64,000 nucleotides of DNA from an uncultured Gemmatimonadales bacterium. GTDB taxonomy: Bacteria > Gemmatimonadota > Gemmatimonadetes > Longimicrobiales > Gaopeijiaceae. The stretch spans positions 160,001 to 224,000 of the forward strand of contig CAWGKG010000017.1 of the NCBI GenBank assembly GCA_963823035.1, written 5' to 3'. The translations under genes were made by a program, and so were the position numbers. Below the pieces are notes generated by a model, which was given only the letters and a program-made list of their open reading frames with translations, was not told the DNA's origin and searched no databases. Shown here piece by piece: positions 49,951-60,246 of the stretch (its first letter is position 1; every line of letters begins with the position of its first letter).

Positions 49951-52900
49951 ATGAAGACGATGCGGACCCCTCTGCTCGCCTGCGCTGCTCTTGCGCTCCT
50001 CCTCCAGCTCACGCCGCAGCCGACGCTCGCGCAGAACGAGGCAGCGGACACGGCTGCCGCCCGCAAGAAGCGCGAGCAGGTGTCCCTACCACTCGAAGCC
50101 GCGCGCAGCGTGCACCTCGCGACCGACGAGGGCACATGGATTTCCGTGGACGTGAGCCCGGACGGAAAGACCCTGGTGTTCGACCTCCTCGGGGACCTCT
50201 ACTCGCTGCCGCTCTCCGGCGGCTCGGCGACGCGCATCACGAGCGGGCTCGCCTTCGATGCCCAACCGCGCTTCAGCCCCGACGGGGCGAAGGTCCTCTT
50301 CGTGTCGGACCGCAGCGGCGGAGAGAACCTGTGGACCCTGGATCTGGCCAGCGGCGACACGACGCAGATCACCAAGGGGAACGGTGACAGCTGGATGTCG
50401 CCGGACTGGGCGCCCGACGGCAAGTACGTGGTGGCGTCCAAGGCGGAGACGCGTCTCGGCGTGCACCGCCTCTGGATGGGCCACGTCGACGGGGGCGCCG
50501 GGAAGGTGCTCCGCCCGGAGCCCGAGACCCTCAAGACGATCGGCGCGGCGGTGTCACCCGACGGCCGCTACGTCTGGCACGCCCAGCGCACCGGCTCGTT
50601 CGCGTACAACGCGCAGTTGCCCGAATACCAGCTGGCCGTCTACGACCGCGAGACCGGAGAGACGTTCGGACGCACCTCGCGCTACGGCTCCGCCTTCCGG
50701 CCCACGCTGTCGCCCGACGGCAAATGGCTCGTCTACGGCACGCGCCACGAGAACCAGACGGGGCTGCGCCTCCGCGACCTGACCAACGGAAACGAGCGGT
50801 GGCTCGCCTATCCGGTCACCCGCGACGAGCAGGAGTCCATCGCCGATCGCGACGTCTATCCCGGCATGGACTTCACGCCGGACTCACGGGAGGTCGTCGC
50901 GTCGTACGGCGGCAAGATCTGGCGCATCCCGGTCGACGGCTCCGCGCCCGTCGCCGTGCCGATGCACGTCGAGGCGGACGTCGCGGTCGGGCCCGAGCTG
51001 GCGTTCGACTATCCGATCGAGGACGCGCCGCAGTTCACGGTCCGCCAGATCCGCGACGCCGTTCCGTCTCCGGACGGCTCGAAGCTCGCGTTCACGGCCC
51101 TCGACGAGCTGTACGTGATGGACTTCCCGGACGGCACGCCGCGACGCCTCGCCGCTCAGGAGGGGCTCGTGCAGGCCGAGCCGGCGTGGTCGCCCGACGG
51201 TCAGTGGCTCGCGTGGGCGACCTGGAACGAGCAGGGCGGACAGATCTTCAAGGCCCGTGCGGACGGCAGCGGCGGCCCGCAGCAGCTCACGCAGCGCGCC
51301 GCACAGTACCAGCAGCCCGCATGGAGCACGGCGGGCGATCGCATCGTCGCGTTGCGCAACCCCGCCCGCGCGTTCGAGGAGTCGGTCGGGCCCGGCTTCG
51401 GCGGCGCCGAGATGGACATCGTCCAGGTGCCCGCCGCGGGCGGTGAGGCGACGCTCGTGGCCCCGGCCGAGGGGCGGGAGCATCCGCACTTCGTGCACGG
51501 GTCGGACCGCATCTACCTGTACCACGGCCAGAAGGGGCTGGTCTCGATCCGCTTCGACGGCACGGACGAGAAGGCGCACGTGAAGGTCACGGGCGCGACC
51601 CGCCCGGGACAGAAGCAGCCGGACCGCGCGGACGTGGTGATCATGGCGCCCGAAGGCGATCAGGCGCTCGCCCAGGTGCACAACGACCTGTACGTGGTGA
51701 CCGTGCCGAAGCTCGGCGGCGAGGCCCCGACGATCTCCGTGGCGAACCCGGAGAACGCCGCCTTCCCGGCGCGGAGGCTCACGGACATCGGCGGGCAGTT
51801 CCCCGCGTGGTCCGGCGACGGGCACGAGGTCCACTGGTCGGTCGGCAACGGGCATTTCGTCTACGATCTCGACGCCGCGAAGGCACACGACGACAGCGTC
51901 GCCGCGGCGAAGAAGGCCGCCGGCGAACAGGCGGATTCAGCGTCCGCGAAGAAGGACGAGAGCGCGGGGTACGAGCCACTCGAGCGGCGGATCCGTATCC
52001 AGGCCACGCGTGACATCCCCAGGGGCATCGTCGTGCTCCGAGGCGCTCGCGTGGTGACGATGAACGGCGACGAGGTGATCGAGAACGCGGACATCGTGGT
52101 GCGGAACAACCGCATCGCCGGCGTGGGTGCGCGCGGCTCCGTCGACGTGCCGTCGGACGCGCAGATCGTCGACGTGGCAGGAAAGACGATCGTTCCGGGC
52201 TTCGTCGATACACACAGCCACATGTGGCCCGCGTGGGGGATCCACAAGACGCAGGAGTGGATCTACCTGGCCAACCTCGCGTACGGCGTCACGACCACTC
52301 GGGACCCGCAGACGTCCACCACGGACGTGCTCACCTACTCGGACCTGGTGACGGCGGGCCGGATGCTCGGGCCGCGCGTGTACTCCACGGGCCCGGGGAT
52401 CTTCGGCGACTACGTCGAGGACGGCATCAAGAGCCTGGACCAGGCCCGCGACATCGTGCGTCGCTACAGCGACTACTACGACACGAAGTACGTGAAGATG
52501 TACATGGCCGGGAACCGCCAGGTACGACAGTGGATCATCCAGGCGGCCCGGGAACACCACCTGAAGCCGACCACCGAGGGTGGGCTCCAGTTCATGTACG
52601 ACCTGACGATGGCGCTGGACGGCTATCCCGGTCAGGAGCACGCGCTGCCCATCGCGCCGATCTACGGCGACGTCGTGAAGCTCTACTCGGGCATCGGCAT
52701 CACCTACACACCGACGCTGCTCGTGTCGTACGGCGGGCCGTGGGCGGAGAACTACTACTACTCGCGCGAGAACCCGCACGACGACGCCAAGCTCGCGTAC
52801 TTCACGGCGCACGAGGAGCTCGACCAGAAGAGCCGGCGCCGCCCCGGGTGGTTCCGGGACGACGAGCACGTCTTCCCGCTCCACGCCGCGGGCGCGAAGA

Positions 52901-53286
52901 AGATCGTCGAGGCGGGCGGGCGCATCGGCATCGGCAGCCACGGGCAGCTCCAGGGCCTCGGCTACCATTGGGAGCTGTGGTCGATGCAGTCGGGCGGCAT
53001 GAGCACGATGAACGCGCTGCGCACCGCGACCATCCTCGGTGCCGAGGGCCTCGGCCTCGAGAAGGACGTCGGCTCCCTCGTTGCCGGGAAGCTCGCGGAC
53101 CTCGTCGTGCTGGACGCCAATCCCCTCGACGACATCCGCAACACGAACACGATCCGGTACGTGATGAAGAACGGAAGGCTGTACGAGGGCGACACGCTCG
53201 ACGAGGTGTGGCCACGACAGCTGCCGTTGAAGCGGACCGACTGGGTCGTGGCGGAGCCGGACACGAGGGCGGGGATGGGGCGGTAG
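49951..53286 (+). CDS. Secreted TolB/PD40-propeller plus amidohydrolase protein
   Basis: TDEGTWISVDVSPDGKTLVFDLLGDLY, repeated SPDG motifs, PGFVDTHSH, GSHGQLQGLGYHWE and GKLADLVVL. Confidence 0.9.
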   Translation: MKTMRTPLLACAALALLLQLTPQPTLAQNEAADTAAARKKREQVSLPLEAARSVHLATDEGTWISVDVSPDGKTLVFDLLGDLYSLPLSGGSATRITSGLAFDAQPRFSPDGAKVLFVSDRSGGENLWTLDLASGDTTQITKGNGDSWMSPDWAPDGKYVVASKAETRLGVHRLWMGHVDGGAGKVLRPEPETLKTIGAAVSPDGRYVWHAQRTGSFAYNAQLPEYQLAVYDRETGETFGRTSRYGSAFRPTLSPDGKWLVYGTRHENQTGLRLRDLTNGNERWLAYPVTRDEQESIADRDVYPGMDFTPDSREVVASYGGKIWRIPVDGSAPVAVPMHVEADVAVGPELAFDYPIEDAPQFTVRQIRDAVPSPDGSKLAFTALDELYVMDFPDGTPRRLAAQEGLVQAEPAWSPDGQWLAWATWNEQGGQIFKARADGSGGPQQLTQRAAQYQQPAWSTAGDRIVALRNPARAFEESVGPGFGGAEMDIVQVPAAGGEATLVAPAEGREHPHFVHGSDRIYLYHGQKGLVSIRFDGTDEKAHVKVTGATRPGQKQPDRADVVIMAPEGDQALAQVHNDLYVVTVPKLGGEAPTISVANPENAAFPARRLTDIGGQFPAWSGDGHEVHWSVGNGHFVYDLDAAKAHDDSVAAAKKAAGEQADSASAKKDESAGYEPLERRIRIQATRDIPRGIVVLRGARVVTMNGDEVIENADIVVRNNRIAGVGARGSVDVPSDAQIVDVAGKTIVPGFVDTHSHMWPAWGIHKTQEWIYLANLAYGVTTTRDPQTSTTDVLTYSDLVTAGRMLGPRVYSTGPGIFGDYVEDGIKSLDQARDIVRRYSDYYDTKYVKMYMAGNRQVRQWIIQAAREHHLKPTTEGGLQFMYDLTMALDGYPGQEHALPIAPIYGDVVKLYSGIGITYTPTLLVSYGGPWAENYYYSRENPHDDAKLAYFTAHEELDQKSRRRPGWFRDDEHVFPLHAAGAKKIVEAGGRIGIGSHGQLQGLGYHWELWSMQSGGMSTMNALRTATILGAEGLGLEKDVGSLVAGKLADLVVLDANPLDDIRNTNTIRYVMKNGRLYEGDTLDEVWPRQLPLKRTDWVVAEPDTRAGMGR

Positions 53287-53300
53287 CGGAGCGCCGAGCC

Positions 53301-54542
53301 GTGACGGACGTCGACCGCAGGGCCTTTCTCCGGTGGCTGGCCGCGAGCCCCCTCGCCGCCGGGCTGTGGGGGTGCGTGGCGCCCGACCCGGGCCCCCGGC
53401 GCAGCGAAGCGGCGGCGGAGAGCCTCTCCGGGGCGGTCCCCGGGGAGCCACCGCTCGCCATGCTCCCCGGCGACGCACTGGACGTGTTCGACCTCGAGCG
53501 CGTGGCGGCCGGCAACGTCCCCGTCGCCCACTGGGCCTACCTGCAGACGGGTACGGACGGTGAGACGACGCTACACCGCAATCGCGAGGGCTTCGAGCGC
53601 CTCTACGTGCGACCGCGCAGGCTCCGCGGGGTGGCGGAGGTGGACACGCGCACCGCGCTCTTCGGGCGAAGCTGGCCGACTCCGTTGGTGCTCGCGCCCG
53701 CAGGCAGCCACCGGGCCTTCCACCCCGACGCCGAGCCGGGCGTGGCACGCGCGGCCGCGGCGCGCGACCATCTGATGGTCCTGTCGAACGTGGCCTCCAC
53801 GTCCGTGGAGGAGGTGAATCGGGCGCGGGGTGAGCCGGTCTGGTTCCAACTCTACGCCTCTGGGAGCTGGAACGTGAACGAGGCGCTCCTCCGTCGCGTG
53901 GAGGCGGCGGGTTGCCCCGCGCTCGTGCTCACGGTGGACAATCCCGGCGGGGCCAACCGCATCACCGCGGAGCGGGGGAGGAGGGCGGACGACCGTCCCT
54001 GCGCGACCTGTCACACCGAGGGCGGGATGGCCCCTCCCGTGAAGCCGAACTACCGGGGCCTGCCGGAGCCGGAGGGCACGGCCGGTCGGGACGCGCTGAC
54101 CTGGGACTTCGTGGCACGCCTCCGTGACGCCACCCGGATGACGCTGCTCCTCAAGGGGATCGTGACGGGAGAGGACGCCGCGCGCTGCCTGAGCTATGGG
54201 GTGGACGGCGTGTGGGTGTCGAACCACGGCGGCCGGACCGACCCCAGCGGACAGGCCACGATCGACGCGCTCCCCGAGGTGGTCCGGGAGGTGGGCGGGC
54301 GCGTTCCGGTCATCATGGACAGCGGGGTCCGCCGCGGCGCGGATATCTTCAAGGCACTCGCCCGTGGGGCGGACGCCGTGGCGATCGGACGACCCTACCT
54401 CTGGGGGTTGGGCGCCTTCGGCCAGGCCGGCGTGGAGCGCGCCCTCGAGATCCTGGACCACGAGCTCGTGCTGACGATGCGCGCGGCGGGCACGCCGAAG
54501 ATCGAGGACATAGCCCCGTCGCTCGTCGCCGGTCCCGCGTAG
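53301..54542 (+). CDS. Tat-exported FMN-dependent alpha-hydroxy acid oxidase/dehydrogenase
   Basis: DRRAFLR leader, WFQLY, LTVD, LLKGI, VSNHGGR, DSGVRRGADIFKALA and GRPYLWGL. Confidence 0.9.
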   Translation: MTDVDRRAFLRWLAASPLAAGLWGCVAPDPGPRRSEAAAESLSGAVPGEPPLAMLPGDALDVFDLERVAAGNVPVAHWAYLQTGTDGETTLHRNREGFERLYVRPRRLRGVAEVDTRTALFGRSWPTPLVLAPAGSHRAFHPDAEPGVARAAAARDHLMVLSNVASTSVEEVNRARGEPVWFQLYASGSWNVNEALLRRVEAAGCPALVLTVDNPGGANRITAERGRRADDRPCATCHTEGGMAPPVKPNYRGLPEPEGTAGRDALTWDFVARLRDATRMTLLLKGIVTGEDAARCLSYGVDGVWVSNHGGRTDPSGQATIDALPEVVREVGGRVPVIMDSGVRRGADIFKALARGADAVAIGRPYLWGLGAFGQAGVERALEILDHELVLTMRAAGTPKIEDIAPSLVAGPA

Positions 54543-54572
54543 TCGTCGCGGCGCCGTGCGCGCCGCCCCGTC

Positions 54573-54856
54573 GTGCGGGCGATGTCCGTCGTGCCGTTGG
54601 CCCTCGCCGCCGGCGCGTGTGCCAAGTCCTCGACGGACCCCCTCGAAGAGGTCCCCGAGCAAACGGCGACAACCGGGGCTCTCTGGCCATCCATGCGTAC
54701 GACGCGTCGGGCCAGCTCCAGGGCGTCGTGGAAGCCGGCGGCGCGCGCTACGTCTACGCGGTGGACGTGGACGAGGCGGCGGAGACCGTGACGTTCCGCG
54801 GACAGGACGACCGCACGGTCACGATGACGTGGGAGGAGCTGCGGGCGCTGCGCTGA
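54573..54856 (+). CDS. Small hypothetical lipoprotein (frameshifted or partial)
   Basis: Lipobox LAAGAC in one frame, continuing as ...GARYVYAVDVDEAAETVTFRGQ...WEELRALR* in another. Confidence 0.4.
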
Positions 54857-54917
54857 GCCGGATGACGGGGAGGGAGCGGGACCGGCCTCCCCGGGGCCAG
54901 CATCGGTAGACCTGCGC

Positions 54918-55460
54918 TCAGTTCATGGAGGGGTCGAACGGCATCCGGGAGAGCCGCCTGTACGCCGGACCCTTCCGCTCGAGGATGCGGCTCCAGAGGC
55001 CGTCGGGGTCGTCCGTGAAGACGTCCTCCTCTCGGGCGGGCTCGACGATCCAGGAGTTCTGCTCCATCTCGGCTTCGAGCTGACCCGGTCCCCAACCCGA
55101 GTAGCCCGCGAACACGCGCGCCCTGCGGATGCCGGCGCGGACGTCGTCGGGCACCTCGCCGATCAGGAACCCGATCGAGCCGAAGATCAGCACGTCGACC
55201 AGCTCGGGGTGCACGACCTCGGCGACGACCACGGAGTGCGAGGGCTGGACAGGCCCGCCCTGGAAGAGCGGCTCGTCGGGATCCACGAGGGAGGCCAGGG
55301 GTGGGACGGCCTTCGCGACGGTGACGTCGAGCGGGCGGTTGAGGACGAAGCCGAGCGCCCCCTCGGCGTTGTGCTCGCCCATCAACACCACGGTGTGGCG
55401 GAAGTTCGGGTCGAACAGGCCCCCGCTCGAGATGATCAGATGGCCCTTCAAGCTCCTCAT
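54918..55460 (-). CDS. YqgE/AlgH (DUF179) family protein
   Basis: DPNFRHTVV, GFVLNRP, FQGGPV, FAGYSGWGPGQLEAE and PFDPSMN. Confidence 0.93.
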   Translation of the reverse strand: MRSLKGHLIISSGGLFDPNFRHTVVLMGEHNAEGALGFVLNRPLDVTVAKAVPPLASLVDPDEPLFQGGPVQPSHSVVVAEVVHPELVDVLIFGSIGFLIGEVPDDVRAGIRRARVFAGYSGWGPGQLEAEMEQNSWIVEPAREEDVFTDDPDGLWSRILERKGPAYRRLSRMPFDPSMN

Positions 55461-55686
55461 GGTCTTCACGCGCTTCGAGTAGGAATGAGGCCCGCGTGCG
55501 ACAAGGGCTTCTCGAACGTAGGGAGCTCCGTCGAAGGAGCAAGGCGGTCGCGGCGGGAGGGGCCGTCGGACTGACATACGGTTTTTCGATGTCTGCCGCC
55601 GTCGTCTATGTTTCGTGACCCGTGGCACGGTTGCCGTGGCCCCGCCATCGCGCCGGCCCGCGCACACCATCGAGAGGAGGTGGCCC

Positions 55687-56397
55687 GTGGAGGAAGTCGG
55701 GTGCGCCCGACCGACGGGAGGACCCGTCGGGGGTGCGTCGAAAGGCGAAGAGGGGTCATCCCATGACCTATCGACCAGGATGGAGAAGAGCATGATCAAG
55801 GTCGGCCAGAAGGCGCCGGACTTCACGGCGCCCGCGTTCCACGAAGGGAAGTTCGGTTCCGTGCAAGCTCTCGGACTATCTGGGAAAGTGGGTTGTCCTG
55901 TGCTTCTATCCGGGCGACTACACCTTCGTCTGAGCAACGGAAGTGTCGGCGGTCGCCGACAAGCATGGTGCGTTCCGGAAGCTCGGTGTGGAGGTGCTGT
56001 CCATGAGCGTGGACAGCGTCTTCGTGCACAAGATGTGGAACGAGACCGAGCTGTCGAAGATGGTGGACGGCGGGCGTGCCGTTCCCATGTTGTCCGACGC
56101 CGGCGGGAAGGTCGGTGAGGTCTACGGTGTCTACGACGAGGACGCGGGCGTGGACACGCGCGGCCGATTCCTCATCGATCCCGACGGCGTGGTCCAGGCG
56201 TTCGAGGTCCTGACGCCCCCGGTGGGGCGGAACGTGGCGAGACGTTGCGCCAGATCCAGGCCTTCCAACTCGTCCGTGAGACGGGCGGCGCCGAGGCCAC
56301 GCCCTCGGGGTGGCGGCCTGGCCAGCCCACGCTCAAGCCGGGTCCCGCCCTGGTGGGACGCGTATGGGAGGTGTGGAAGCCCGGAAAGGAGGGATGA
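55687..56397 (+). CDS. prxU: Selenocysteine-containing peroxiredoxin (in-frame UGA at 55931-55933; indels near 55864 and 56240)
   Basis: GCARPTGGPVG N-extension, VGQKAPDF and FYPGDYTFV-TGA-ATEV, with UGA at the peroxidatic position. Also RGRFLIDPDG, VGRN and ATPSGW. Confidence 0.88.
55944..55961 (+). promoter_or_regulatory. Putative bacterial SECIS hairpin
   Basis: TGTCGGC-GGTC-GCCGACA, a perfect 7-bp stem with a G-first loop, starting 10 nt after the UGA. Confidence 0.75.
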
Positions 56398-56498
56398 ACC
56401 GGCCCGGACGGGGGACCGCGCCGCGTCTACCCTCTCCGGTCCGTAGAGAGGTCCACGCGCGCGCGACGGACCCGAGCTCCGAACCGGAAGGTGTGCCC

Positions 56499-58154
56499 AT
56501 GTCCCGTCGTCCCGCCGCGCTTCGGCGCCACCTTCTGCTCGGGCTCGTCGCGCTCTGCGTCGCCGCCTGCTCGGCCGCCGAGTCGGCGCGTAGCCCTGGA
56601 AGCTACGACGACCTGGTCGCGCTCTTCCGCGAGTGGCGCGCGTTCCAGTCACCCGATGTGATCGACGGCGTACCGGACTACTCGCGGGAGGCCATGGCGG
56701 CGCAGGTCGAGGCCCTTCCCCGGTGGAGGGCCCGCCTCGACGCGATCGACCCGCAAGGCTGGCCGGTGGCGCACGCGATCGACTGGCAGCTCGTGCGCGC
56801 GGAGATGAACGGTCTCGACTTCGATCAGCGCGTACGGCGGCCGTGGGAGCGGGATCCGGCGTTCTACGCGAACGTCTACGCCGAGCAGAGCGATGTGCCG
56901 GCGCACGAGGGCCCGACCATCGAGGGCTTCATCGACCTGTGGGCGTACGACTACCCGCTGTCCGCGTCCGACGCGGCGGAGCTGGCCGCACGCATCGGCG
57001 CGATCCCCCGCCTGCTCGACCACGCGCGCGTGAACCTGACCGGCAACGCGCGCGACCTGTGGCTGGCAGGCGACCGCTCGTTCGCCGAGCAGGCCGGCGC
57101 GCTGACCGACCTGGGCGAGCGGGTGGCCGGGACGAACGACGCGTTGGACGCGCTCGATCACGGCCGCGATCGAGGCCACGGAGTCGTTCCGGGGATGGCT
57201 GGCGGAGCAGGCCCCCTCGAAGACGGGGCCTTCCGGTGTCGGCAAGGAGAACTACACCTGGTATGCGCGTAACGTGCACCTCGTGCCGTGGTCGTGGGAG
57301 GAACAGGTCACGCTCATCCGTAGGGAGCTGGCCCGCGCGCACGCGTCGCTGCGGCTCGAGGAGCATCGCAACCGCGACCTGCCGCAGCTCGAGCGGATCC
57401 GGACGGCCGAGGAGTACGACCGGAGATTGAACGAGGCGGTGGACGACTACATGCGCTTCCTCGAGGAGGAGGAGATGCAGACGGTCGAGCCGTGGATGGA
57501 CCCGGCGCTACGCGCGCAGAACGGCTCGTTCACCCCCGCGGCGCCCGACGAGATCCGCAACTTCTTCAACGAGGTGAACTACCGGGACCCACTCGTGATG
57601 CGCACACACTCGCACCACTGGCTGGAGCTGGCGCGGATACGCGAGAACCCGCACCCGAGCCCGATCCGCAGCGCGCCGCCGATCTACAACATCTACGACG
57701 CGCGCTCGGAGGGGTTCGCGACCGGCGTGGAGGAGATGATGATGCACGCGGGGCTCTTCGACGACCGGCCGCGCTCTCGCGAGCTCGTGTGGGTGATGCT
57801 CGCCCAGCGGGCCGCGCGCGCGTTGAGCGGCCTCTACCTGCACGCCAACGAGTTCACGATGGACCAGGCGGTGGAGCACGCGGGCCGCTGGACGCCGCGC
57901 GGCTGGCTCCCCGAGGGTGACCTCGTCCGCTTCGAGCAGCACCTCTACCTGCGGCAGCCCGGGATACGGCACCAGCTACCTGACGGGGAAGATGCAGATC
58001 GAGCAGATCCTGGCCGAGGTCGCGCTCGAGCGGGGAGACGCGTTCACGATGAAGGGCTTCTTCGACGACTTCTTCGACACGGGCGTCATCCCGCTCCCGC
58101 TCGTGCGTTGGGAGCTGACCGGGTCCGGGACCCGATCCTGGTGGGACCCGGTGA
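56499..58154 (+). CDS. DUF885 family lipoprotein (several frameshifts)
   Basis: Lipobox VAAC, RPWERDPAFY, RSEGFATGVEE and QPGYGTSYLTGK. Confidence 0.75.
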
Positions 58155-59509
58155 GGAGGCGCCGCGGGCCGTCGCCCGGAAGGTGGGTAGGAGGAGCCAC
58201 GGAACTCGCCAAGCAGCTCGATCGGAGCCGCCTGCCCGCGCGGGGCGCGTACCTCGCGCTCCTGCTCCTGGCCACCCTCTCGTCCCTCCGCCTGGGCGGC
58301 CCGGGGCTGCAAGGGCTCGGCCGGATGCTGCATCCGTCCCTGTCCCCGCGGGACGTGATCGACGGAGCGCGCAACCTGGCGCTCTTCGCCGGATGGGGCC
58401 TGGTGTGGATGATCACGGCGCCCCCCGGACGCACGCTGACCTCGCTGCGCAACGCGGTCCTGTCGGGCGCCGGCGTGAGCACGGTCGTCGAGGGAGCGCA
58501 GCTCTTCTCGACCACACGCACCGCGAGCGTCCTGGACATCCTCACCAACACCGTGGGAGCGCTGCTTGGCGCCGCGGCGCTGGTGGCCCTGGTGATCACC
58601 GTGGCGTACCGGCGGCATGCCCGCTCCTTCGTGGGCCTGCCCGCGTTGGTGTTCGCGGGCGGGTACGGCGCCGCGTGCTTCGGTGAGGCGCTGGTCCCGC
58701 TCTTCCGCCAGACGGTCTACCCCAACGTGTACGGAGGCCCCCTCGGCCGTTTCCGTCTGGCATGGAGCATGTTCGACTGGAGCTCCCTGGGACGGATCCC
58801 GGGCACGGACCTCGTCTTGTTCGCCCCCGCCGGGGCCCTCGCGGTGGCTGCCCTCGTGGAGGCGGGTGCAGGCTACCGGAAATCGGCCGCCGTGGTGGGG
58901 GCGGCGGGTCTGGGGCTGGCGCTGATGGCCGAGGTCGGCCACGGGCTTCTGGGCCTGCCCATGGAAGCCGGCGCCGTGCTGGCGCACGCCGCCGGCGTGG
59001 CGGTGGGGGCAGCGGCCGCGGCCTGGGGACTGCCGTTCCTCTCCCGCAACCTCCGTGGGCGCGACCGCCCCGCCACCTTGGCGCTGGCCTATGGTGGCGT
59101 GCTCCTGCTGTGGGCGCTGCGACCGTACGTGCTCGAGCACTCGCTCGGTGCCGTGGGCGCGAAGCTGGTGGACGACTGGTGGATACCCCTGCGCTTCCTG
59201 GGGGCTCGGGTGGACATGTTCAGCGTGGTCGACGTGGTGTCGCCGTTCCTCCTGTACCTGCCGCTGGGCGGGCTCCTCGCGGTGTGGCCGCTCGCCCGCC
59301 GCGGGCCGCTGGCGCGCTTCTGGCCGGCGGTCTACCTCGCGGTCGCCTCCGAGCTCTGCCAGCTCGTGGTGCAAGGAAGGCTCCTCGACTCGACGGACAT
59401 CCTCGTGCAGGTCTCGGGCGTCGTCGTGGGGTGGACCGTGCTACGGCGCGCGGGCTTCGCGCAGCACGGGACCATGCTGCGCGGCGCTCGCGCAGCGCCT
59501 ACCGACTGA
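58151..59509 (+). CDS. VanZ-like multi-pass membrane protein
   Basis: DGARNLALFAGWG, STVVEGAQLFSTTRTASVLDILTNTVG and a second VanZ-like unit SELCQL...DSTDIL. Confidence 0.7.
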   Translation: MRRRRGPSPGRWVGGATELAKQLDRSRLPARGAYLALLLLATLSSLRLGGPGLQGLGRMLHPSLSPRDVIDGARNLALFAGWGLVWMITAPPGRTLTSLRNAVLSGAGVSTVVEGAQLFSTTRTASVLDILTNTVGALLGAAALVALVITVAYRRHARSFVGLPALVFAGGYGAACFGEALVPLFRQTVYPNVYGGPLGRFRLAWSMFDWSSLGRIPGTDLVLFAPAGALAVAALVEAGAGYRKSAAVVGAAGLGLALMAEVGHGLLGLPMEAGAVLAHAAGVAVGAAAAAWGLPFLSRNLRGRDRPATLALAYGGVLLLWALRPYVLEHSLGAVGAKLVDDWWIPLRFLGARVDMFSVVDVVSPFLLYLPLGGLLAVWPLARRGPLARFWPAVYLAVASELCQLVVQGRLLDSTDILVQVSGVVVGWTVLRRAGFAQHGTMLRGARAAPTD

Positions 59510-59592
59510 GGCGATCCAGCAACAGGATATCGTGCCCGGTGGGGCGCGCGCTTCCGCCCAGCGAGCGCACGATCGATCCGCATACGCAAGAC

Positions 59593-60246
59593 TCACGGAT
59601 GGATTACTCCTCCCACCATCACATCCAGCACCCGCCGGGGCGTCATGTTGGTCGCCTGATCCCCGAAGTCCGCCCGCGACGTTCCGACCCTGACCCTGGC
59701 GGCGAAGTGGCGGGAGATCTCCCGCTCCAACCCGAGGCCGTAACGGAGCAGTCTCTGCTCGTCGCGTCGGCGGTACGTCTCCCGCGATCCTCGACGTCCA
59801 CCCCGAAGGCCCGACTCACCTCCGACAGGTAGAGATGGACGTTGGTCTCTCGGCCACGCCCGAGGGCCTGGCCCACCATGAGGTTCCAGTGCCGTTGGGT
59901 GCGGTTGCGGTAGGCCACCGCGAGGGGCCCGGAGGGGTCGCCGTTGGGAATCCCCCGCATGACGACGACGCCGAGGTCGAGCCCTCCACCAGGCCGAACG
60001 AGGTTCGTCGCCGTCCACGCGTGACCACGCGTCGCCGGGCCTGAGCCAGGGCGTCCATCCCCGACACGACTCTCCGCCGATGATGTTCTGCCACCCGGCG
60101 TCGAGGGCTACGAAGAGGCCGACCGAGCCCCTGGGTCGGGGGCCTGTGCGTGCGCTCCGCCCGGGAGTCCGCGGCAACGCGGTCGCGCAGACAAGGAGCG
60201 GAAGACCCGGGCGTCGGGCGCGTGGTATCGTCCCGACCCACCTCAT
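59593..60246 (-). CDS. Hypothetical secreted protein, possibly a small outer-membrane beta-barrel (heavily frameshifted)
   Basis: ATGA overlap with the upstream stop. Fragments with alternating patterns (LFVALDAGWQNIIGG, LLRYGLGLER, FAARVRVG). Confidence 0.4.
   Translation of the reverse strand: MRWVGTIPRARRPGLPLLVCATALPRTPGRSARTGPRPRGSVGLFVALDAGWQNIIGGESCRGWTPWLRPGDAWSRVDGDEPRSAWWRARPRRRRHAGDSQRRPLRAPRGGLPQPHPTALEPHGGPGPRAWPRDQRPSLPVGGESGLRGGRRGSRETYRRRDEQRLLRYGLGLEREISRHFAARVRVGTSRADFGDQATNMTPRRVLDVMVGGVIHP

Noticed and set aside
57917..59509. DUF885-VanZ fusion
   Set aside because: Best explained by indels. A GTGA stop/start overlap at 58151-58154 separates the two genes.
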